A stretch of 64,000 nt of DNA from an uncultured virus (IMG/VR IMGVR_UViG_3300037601_000035). Taxonomy: Duplodnaviria; Heunggongvirae; Uroviricota; Caudoviricetes. The stretch lies in IMG/VR virus record IMGVR_UViG_3300037601_000035; one strand, given 5' to 3'. Positions 57,159 to 64,000 of this stretch are shown one piece after another. The notes beneath the pieces are model-generated. The model saw only the letters and a program-made list of their open reading frames with translations. It did no database searches and had not been told where the DNA came from. Numbering within the stretch: the stretch's first letter is position 1; each line of letters opens with the position of its first letter. The translations under genes were made by a program, and so were the position numbers.

Positions 57159-59096
57159 ATGAAATATGAATCATTAGAACATAGAAGATCAATTTATCAT
57201 CAAGCAAAAGAAGCATATTACAATGCAGCAGAACCTATCATAGAAGATTATGAGTTTGATGAGCTTGAAAATTATTTAAAAGAAAATGATCCAACATTTA
57301 AAACTTATGTAGGAGCTCCTTCTAAAGAAGATAAGTATGAACATTGGTCTCCTATGTTATCTCTTAAAAAAATATCTTTAGAACCAAACGAAGATGGGAC
57401 TCCTAATAATGATCAATTAAAAGAAGATTTTTCTAAATGGTCAAAAGAAAAAGGAAATAAATTTGAAATATCCCCTAAATTTGATGGTGTTTCTATTAAC
57501 CTTCAATATGAAAATGGAACTTTAATAAAAGCAATTACTAGAGGAGATAAAGAAAAAGGAAGAGATGTAATTGAAAAAGTAAAGCATTTAGTTCCTAATG
57601 AAATTTCTCCAAGCCCTAGTAAAGTAGAAGTTAGAGGAGAAATTTTAATGAGAGTAGATATTTTTGAAGAAAAATATTCTAAAGATTTTAAAAATCCTAG
57701 AAATATAGTTTCAGGAATACTTGCTCAAAAGACTATTGACGTAGATTTAAATGACATTTCAATTGTTCCTTTTGAATTAAGAGAATATAGAAATGATACC
57801 TTTGAGTTTTGGTCTACAGATGAACTTTACGAATTTTTTAGAGAAGGTTTTGATGACTATAATCCTTTCTTAAAAGATAAATTTTTATTTAAAAAGACAT
57901 TTGAAAATTCTGAAGATTTTATTGAATTTAAAGATAAGATGGAAGTATTTAGAAAAGAATGTCCTTATCAATTAGATGGATTTGTAGTTAAAGTAGCAAA
58001 TTCAGAAATAAGAAAAGAATTAGGAGAAACTGATACTCATCCTGAATGGGGGTTAGCAGTTAAGTTTATTCCTAAAACAACAGAAACTTCAATTATAGAT
58101 ATTGACTGGAGATTAGGAAAATCTGGTGAATTTACTCCAGTTGCAACACTTGCACCTATTGAACTAGATGGAACTACTGTTCAACATGCAACCCTCCATA
58201 ATTTAGGAATTATTAGAAAAAATAAGACATGGCCAGGTGCAAGAGTTGCAATTGAGAAAAAAGGAGATATTATTCCTCAAGTAACTAAAATAATTACAGA
58301 AGCTGCTTATGAAACGGAATATCCTAAAAATTGTCCTGAATGTGGATCACATACAGTAATAGAAAATGATATTCGTTTAATGTGTTCTAATAAAGAATGC
58401 GAAGGAGTAAAAAAATTAAAATTTGTATCAGCAGCAACTAAATTAGAACTTGATTATTTAGGAACTAAGAATGCCGAAAAACTTTATGATACTGATTTAT
58501 TTTCTGACGTCTTTGATTTGTTTGATATGAACTTAATGAATGTCGAACAATTAACAGAAAATGGTTTTTCTGATGGAAAAATAGTTAGAAAAATAATAGA
58601 AGGTTTTAATAAAGTTAGAAATATTGACATTGAAAAAGTTATCTATTTAATGGAAATAGATAATTGTGGTAAAAGAATGTCTAAAGTATTAGCAAAATAT
58701 TTTTCTTATAATGAAGAAGATTTTGCAAACATGGAAAAAGAAATAATTAAAAGCTTTGTAGAAGAAGCTGGATTATATCGTGAAAGGTTATATGGTATAT
58801 TAGTAAGACTAGAAAATTATGGTGTTAAGGTGAATTTATTAGAAAGACCAACTGAAAATGGAGATACTATGAAAACATTTGAAATGACTGGGAGTCCTAA
58901 AGGATCTGGATATTCTGTTAAAAAAGAATTTTTACAAATAGCTGAAGAAAATGGATTTCAGCACACTTCTTTAAAAGCGGGCACAGATTTACTTATTACA
59001 GATTCTTTAAGTTCTACTTCTTCAAAAATGAAAAAGGCAGAAAAGTTAGGAATAGAAACAATTACTTACGAAACGTTTAAAGAAAGATATTTATAA
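57159..59096 (+). CDS. ligA: NAD-dependent DNA ligase
   Basis: AYY, PMLSL, KFDG, TRGD, EVRGE, NPRN, DG.VVK, HATLHN, CPEC zinc finger, BRCT tail. Confidence 0.96.
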   Translation: MKYESLEHRRSIYHQAKEAYYNAAEPIIEDYEFDELENYLKENDPTFKTYVGAPSKEDKYEHWSPMLSLKKISLEPNEDGTPNNDQLKEDFSKWSKEKGNKFEISPKFDGVSINLQYENGTLIKAITRGDKEKGRDVIEKVKHLVPNEISPSPSKVEVRGEILMRVDIFEEKYSKDFKNPRNIVSGILAQKTIDVDLNDISIVPFELREYRNDTFEFWSTDELYEFFREGFDDYNPFLKDKFLFKKTFENSEDFIEFKDKMEVFRKECPYQLDGFVVKVANSEIRKELGETDTHPEWGLAVKFIPKTTETSIIDIDWRLGKSGEFTPVATLAPIELDGTTVQHATLHNLGIIRKNKTWPGARVAIEKKGDIIPQVTKIITEAAYETEYPKNCPECGSHTVIENDIRLMCSNKECEGVKKLKFVSAATKLELDYLGTKNAEKLYDTDLFSDVFDLFDMNLMNVEQLTENGFSDGKIVRKIIEGFNKVRNIDIEKVIYLMEIDNCGKRMSKVLAKYFSYNEEDFANMEKEIIKSFVEEAGLYRERLYGILVRLENYGVKVNLLERPTENGDTMKTFEMTGSPKGSGYSVKKEFLQIAEENGFQHTSLKAGTDLLITDSLSSTSSKMKKAEKLGIETITYETFKERYL

Positions 59097-59103
59097 ATTT
59101 ACT

Positions 59104-59174
59104 GTAAGGACGTAAAAAACCATTCCAAATGGCTCCTTTTGTTAATTGAATATACACAAATTTTACGTCCTTAC
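59104..59174. ncRNA. Candidate structured RNA or complex terminator
   Basis: 14-bp GTAAGGACGTAAAA/TTTTACGTCCTTAC stem enclosing two small hairpins. Confidence 0.45.
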
Positions 59175-59198
59175 TTTTTAATATAAAAAGAGAATATT

Positions 59199-59813
59199 AT
59201 GACAGAAGAAATAAAGGCTTGGGTAGAATTAGATTTAATTAAACTTAAGAATATGAATAAAAAAGGATATTTAAAAGATGCTATTCTAGAAGAAGCAGAA
59301 GAATTAAGAGCTAAAGGAGTAGAGAAATATGGAAATGATTATAACATTGAATTTACAAATCAAATAAGTAGCTTTATTCATGACTTAGGAGAAAGTACGG
59401 AAAATGAAAAGGAAGTTTATAATCAAATGAAAGAAATGGAAGAAATGACAGGAGGAAAAATATTAGAACCTGGAAGTGAAGAATATGAAAAAGAAGTAGA
59501 AATATTTAAAAGCATTATTCCATTAGTAAATGAAGATTTTAAAAAGTATCAAGATTTTTTTATGAATAGATCTAATTCTATATTTGAAATGCCTCCAGAA
59601 AATTTAACAGAAGAAGATAAAGAAGAAACTGTTACTGAGTTTTTAGATTCTGAAGTAGGAAAAATTTATAGAAAAAGATTTGTTGAAGACTTTAATTTAG
59701 ATACAAGAAAATTAGATACATATATGGAATTGGTAAGATTTTGTATTGCAACAGGAGAAGAAATAAATATTGAAGATGTTAGAAATATTCAAATACTTCA
59801 GGTTGAAGATTAA
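59199..59813 (+). CDS. Hypothetical acidic protein
   Basis: ORF only. Confidence 0.55.
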   Translation: MTEEIKAWVELDLIKLKNMNKKGYLKDAILEEAEELRAKGVEKYGNDYNIEFTNQISSFIHDLGESTENEKEVYNQMKEMEEMTGGKILEPGSEEYEKEVEIFKSIIPLVNEDFKKYQDFFMNRSNSIFEMPPENLTEEDKEETVTEFLDSEVGKIYRKRFVEDFNLDTRKLDTYMELVRFCIATGEEINIEDVRNIQILQVED

Positions 59814-59854
59814 AAATATATAGATTATACTTTTATAAAAAAAAAAAAGAAATT

Positions 59855-60562
59855 ATGAAAAAAGAAAATAGAATAGTAGAATCATTTGATGGCTACTTTA
59901 AAAATAAATTAAATGAAAATGAAGACAGTAAATTTTCAATTGATGAAATCGTTACTTTATGGGATGAAGTATATGGTGAAAACATGGAAGAAGAGTACGA
60001 AGGGTTTTATAGAGCATTAGATGATGATTATAATGGAAGAGCTTCTAAAGAAGAAATTGTTACTCTATGGGATCAGATATATGGTGAAAATTTAAGAGAA
60101 GAATATGAAGCTTTTTATAAATCTATTTCAGGAAGACCTCAAAGACCTGGAGAAACAAATAAGTCGTATACTTGGTTTGAAGCTTTTACTAGAATTCCAA
60201 CTGATACTTCATTTAATAGAGGACAATATACGTATGATGGAAAAGATATAGAATCTGTTGATTTTCCAGGAAAAATTAGACTTGAAGTTTATATCGACGA
60301 TCATAATGTAGAAAATGTTAATGTTGATTATATGACATTGTCAAATGATTGTCCTATAGAAAAAGATGGTATTCCTGTACTTTGGGAGAATTTACAATAT
60401 CAAAAAGAAGATTTAGGATATACGTTTAGAGGAAAAGAAGTAGAATCTTTAAGTTATTCTGGATGGATAGAGGCGGAAATACTTATGTATGGCGGTGAAG
60501 AAGTTATAAAAGATATTTATTTAGAAGATTTAAAAGAAGATTCAATGATAGTAGAAAACTAA
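59855..60562 (+). CDS. Putative internal head protein with two internal duplications
   Basis: Leader RIVESFDGYFKNKLNE; EIVTLWD..YGEN twice; YT..GK..ES twice. Confidence 0.65.
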   Translation: MKKENRIVESFDGYFKNKLNENEDSKFSIDEIVTLWDEVYGENMEEEYEGFYRALDDDYNGRASKEEIVTLWDQIYGENLREEYEAFYKSISGRPQRPGETNKSYTWFEAFTRIPTDTSFNRGQYTYDGKDIESVDFPGKIRLEVYIDDHNVENVNVDYMTLSNDCPIEKDGIPVLWENLQYQKEDLGYTFRGKEVESLSYSGWIEAEILMYGGEEVIKDIYLEDLKEDSMIVEN

Positions 60563-60692
60563 ACTTTTATTTCCATTTGTTAATAGTTATGTTTCCTCCA
60601 TTTGATTAAGTTCATTTGGAGGTTTTTATTTTAAATCTATGTTTTAAAAAGTAATATATAAACTTTAAGAAGATTAATAACTTAAAGGATAT

Positions 60693-62936
60693 ATGGCAAC
60701 ACCGTTAATATCACCAATTAAACAGCAAGGAGGAACTCTTTATACGTTTCCTTCAGCATCTGAAGATTTTACTTATTCACAAGCAGGATCTAGAAAGCAA
60801 TTTAATTTTTCTAAATTTGCTTTATTAGATTTACCAAATATTAAATCAGGATCATCTGGTAAAAATGTAACAGGAATAGAGAATATTCCTTCCTCTTATC
60901 TACAAACAGATTTAGATAATTACAATATTTCATTTGCAGAAAGCTTTCAAAATTATTGTCTTAATTTAGAGACTTTATTAGTATCTCAATCTGGTTATGA
61001 TGCAAGTGCAACTAGAACAGTTTCAGAAAGAGTTTTTTGGAAGTGGTTAAAAGAATTAGGAGCAATTCGTTTTAGAGAAGCTAAAATTGGAAATCCTCAA
61101 GATGGAGGAGAAAGAACACGTAGAACAGAAGATAATTTAAATGCTGACAGTTTAGCAAATAGAGCAGAACTTGGAAAAAGATTTGTAGAAGAAGATACTA
61201 GAACTGTAGCTGAAGGTGATTTATATCCATATAGTAGAGTAGTAAAGTATATTGGAAACATAGATGCAGTAAACGGTGTAAAATACTTAAATTCTTCTTA
61301 TTATCAAATTCATTGTTTAGTTCCAAATTCAGTTGGAAGTACTCCTACTGTTTTATTTAAATCTATAATAGATGATAACAATTATAAAGCAGGAACCGTA
61401 ATAACTCATAAGCCTGTAAATCCTTTAGATACTGAATATTTAACAGGAAGAAGTTATAATGATACCCACCATTCGGGATTAGATATGAGAGCTCATTTCG
61501 ATAATGATACTGGATTATATAGTGCAGGATCAGTTGGAGTAAATGATTATGCCCTTGAAATTAAAAAATCAGGAGAAGATTCTTTTGTAAGTGGTTGGTG
61601 GTACCCTAACCCAGAAGCAAATTCTTATTTTTTAGAGCCAACTAAACTAAATGATTATAGAAATGATTGGATGAAGATAGATGGTAATTTAGATTCTGTA
61701 TCTAAAGAAGTTACTTTCTTACGTTCAAGATTAGATGGAATTGCTTTAGATTTTAGTTTAGACAGTTCATATTCTGATAATTTAGAAGGTAAATATAGAA
61801 CTTGGGAAGATTACAATAGATCTGAGTTAGCTACTGATTTTGAATATAATACAATGTTGATTTATTATGATTTAGTAGATTTAGATGATCCTTCTAAAAC
61901 AACTACTAATTTATATGGAGTTTACTTTTTAGATAATTGGACAGATACTGTTACTGATGGTGGTGAAATATCTAGAAGAAAGAAATTTAAACCAAATACA
62001 GTTACTAGACAAAATGGAAACGCAGATGCATTTGATATTAATTTAAAATTAGATTTGAATGCTCAGGATGTAGTTGCTGTAAATACAGTAAATGAATATA
62101 ATAACTATTCAATGCATTTATATGGAGAAGCATTAAATGTAATGAAAGAAACTCACGATAGGTTATTAGAAAATATAAATGGAATAAATGTTCTTCAAGA
62201 TAAAGTAGATCAATTAGAAGATTTAATAATTAATTCAACTACTATTTCAGATTTAGAAGAAAAAATGGAAGAAATAGAAGAATCATTACTTGCTTCTAAA
62301 AGTTTATTTGAAAATTCAGATGAAATTATTTCTTTAATAGAAAGAAACTATGATGAAGTTTTAAATATTTACAAAAACTTTACTAGTGTAGAAATGTCAT
62401 ATAACTTAGATGTTATAAAAAATGATAGAGGAGCTACAATAGATAAAACAATTCCAGGATTAGTAAAAATTGGGATAGAAAATGAAGGATATAATTTACC
62501 TAAAAATCCTATTGTAGACTGGGATTTGATGAAATATAAAAATGACGAGTCTGCTTTTTATCATTCTCATATATTAAATACAGGAGCAAACTATTTTAAA
62601 TTAATGAATGATAAAACATTAAAAACAGATAGTAGAACTCTTTCAGATGGACAAAAGATGATTTTTTATATAGATGATTCTAATGTTAAATGGAGAGAAG
62701 GTCAAAGTTTAAAGGTTTCTTTTCAACACGAATTTATATTATCTGAAGATTTACCAAAAGCAATCACTTTCTTAACAGATTCTATAAATAGAACACAATC
62801 AGAAGATGGATCATATTCTATAGAAATGGGATCTTTAAGTGGATTAGATTTATCTGCTTCTGGAAATAAACCTATTTTAGAATTTATCTGTGTAGATTCA
62901 GAAAACTTAGAATTTACATTAGATATTATAAGGTAA
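60693..62936 (+). CDS. Probable virion structural protein
   Basis: AATATATA at 60653-60660; 747 aa with coiled-coil segment. Confidence 0.6.
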   Translation: MATPLISPIKQQGGTLYTFPSASEDFTYSQAGSRKQFNFSKFALLDLPNIKSGSSGKNVTGIENIPSSYLQTDLDNYNISFAESFQNYCLNLETLLVSQSGYDASATRTVSERVFWKWLKELGAIRFREAKIGNPQDGGERTRRTEDNLNADSLANRAELGKRFVEEDTRTVAEGDLYPYSRVVKYIGNIDAVNGVKYLNSSYYQIHCLVPNSVGSTPTVLFKSIIDDNNYKAGTVITHKPVNPLDTEYLTGRSYNDTHHSGLDMRAHFDNDTGLYSAGSVGVNDYALEIKKSGEDSFVSGWWYPNPEANSYFLEPTKLNDYRNDWMKIDGNLDSVSKEVTFLRSRLDGIALDFSLDSSYSDNLEGKYRTWEDYNRSELATDFEYNTMLIYYDLVDLDDPSKTTTNLYGVYFLDNWTDTVTDGGEISRRKKFKPNTVTRQNGNADAFDINLKLDLNAQDVVAVNTVNEYNNYSMHLYGEALNVMKETHDRLLENINGINVLQDKVDQLEDLIINSTTISDLEEKMEEIEESLLASKSLFENSDEIISLIERNYDEVLNIYKNFTSVEMSYNLDVIKNDRGATIDKTIPGLVKIGIENEGYNLPKNPIVDWDLMKYKNDESAFYHSHILNTGANYFKLMNDKTLKTDSRTLSDGQKMIFYIDDSNVKWREGQSLKVSFQHEFILSEDLPKAITFLTDSINRTQSEDGSYSIEMGSLSGLDLSASGNKPILEFICVDSENLEFTLDIIR

Positions 62937-62938
62937 AA

Positions 62939-63781
62939 ATGAATAAAGAATTTAAAACATATAAAGAGTTCATAAATGAAAGTAAAGAGTTAGATCAATC
63001 TAGGTTTCCTTTAGAAGATCCTGAAGAAGTAAAACAATGGATAGAAGAACATCTAGTAGGAAAAAAAGATTATTTGGGTAAATTGATATTATCAGGAGAT
63101 TGGAATATAGATGAACAGGGGTATTTTAGTACTACTGGAGTTTTAAATTTATCTTTTATGAACTTAACTAAGTTACCGTTTAAAATTAAATATGTAGGAG
63201 TTGATTTTTATTGTTGCGAGAACAAGTTAACTACTCTTGAGGGGTTAGAGAGTTTAAAGTTTATAGGAAGAAGGTTTGAGTGTCAGATGAACAATTTAAC
63301 TAATTTTAAGGGTCTAGAGAATTTAGAGTCTGTAGGAGGTAGTTTCTGGTGTTATGATAACAAGTTAATTAGTTTTAAAGGACTAGAAAATCTAAAGTTT
63401 GTAGGAGGAGATTTCTTGTGTTATACGAATATGTTAACTAGTCTTAATGGTCTAGAGAGTCTAGAGCAAGCAGGAAGAATTTTTTCTTGTTATGATAATA
63501 AGTTACTTTCTACAAAGGTTCCTTTTGAAATTAAAGGAAATTTTACCTTTGATAATGTTAACTTTCCTTATAAATATGAAGATTCAGTAGAATATTTAGT
63601 ATTATTAAGTGAAAAAGAACAGAAGAAGGTTCTAGAAGATTTAGTAGATTTTGATAGTAGAGCTTATAGAAAATTACTTACTTATGCAAAAGAAAATAAT
63701 ATAAAACTATCTATAGATCAAGAAGAGAGTATCTGGCATCAACATGCTAATGATTTAGAAGATACAGGATTGGAATTTTAA
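62939..63781 (+). CDS. LRR-like 22-aa repeat protein with T4-like capsid-targeting leader
   Basis: KTYKEFINE; repeats LE.L..VG..F.C..N.L....G. Confidence 0.75.
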   Translation: MNKEFKTYKEFINESKELDQSRFPLEDPEEVKQWIEEHLVGKKDYLGKLILSGDWNIDEQGYFSTTGVLNLSFMNLTKLPFKIKYVGVDFYCCENKLTTLEGLESLKFIGRRFECQMNNLTNFKGLENLESVGGSFWCYDNKLISFKGLENLKFVGGDFLCYTNMLTSLNGLESLEQAGRIFSCYDNKLLSTKVPFEIKGNFTFDNVNFPYKYEDSVEYLVLLSEKEQKKVLEDLVDFDSRAYRKLLTYAKENNIKLSIDQEESIWHQHANDLEDTGLEF

Positions 63782-63821
63782 AAAATATATAGTTTATATT
63801 AAGAAAAATTAAAATAAAAGT

Positions 63822-64000
63822 ATGAAATTATTTGAAGCAACAATAGGAAACGAAAGATTATCTGGAGGTTCTTTAGCACACTCACAATTAAAATCAATAT
63901 CAGAATATTCTCAAAAAACTTCTGATTTATTTCAACCACAAGACGATTTACCGGATTGGGTCCAAGTAAAATTGGCAACGATAGAAAAGGACATGCACGA
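63822..64000 (+). CDS. Partial gene running off the window
   Basis: MKLFEA... after AATATATA at 63784-63791; contains DDLPDWVQVKL. Confidence 0.55.
   Translation, partial: MKLFEATIGNERLSGGSLAHSQLKSISEYSQKTSDLFQPQDDLPDWVQVKLATIEKDMH

Noticed and set aside
62939..63781. Diversity-generating retroelement target
   Set aside because: Repeats differ at all base types; no template repeat or reverse transcriptase in the window

Overview
This window is a very AT-rich, gene-dense stretch of a large T4-superfamily-like (jumbo) phage, almost entirely on the + strand. It encodes the late sigma factor gp55, gp4, gp2, portal gp20, an ECF-type sigma, a two-subunit topoisomerase II, an NAD-dependent DNA ligase, Rnl1/PNKP RNA repair, a T4-type beta-glucosyltransferase cluster, an Acb1/gp57B-like 2H phosphoesterase and many proteins with a T4-like capsid-targeting leader. 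A T9SS C-terminal-domain protein suggests an FCB-group (Bacteroidota-like) host. The main discovery is two tRNA operons (about 13.5-17.2 kb and 25.9-27.4 kb) that split the 20 amino acids 10+10. Each is preceded by a duplicated promoter, an unannotated leader peptide whose long central run uses only the 10 amino acids of its own array, alternative 1:2/2:3/3:4 helices ending in an intrinsic terminator, and a boxA-like site. This looks like a ribosome-sensed, multi-amino-acid attenuator controlling phage tRNA supply. The second highlight is three tandem Y-RNA-like RNAs, one carrying a circularly permuted tRNA module, directly upstream of a large TerD-domain gene. All functional calls come from motif recognition by eye; no searches were run.
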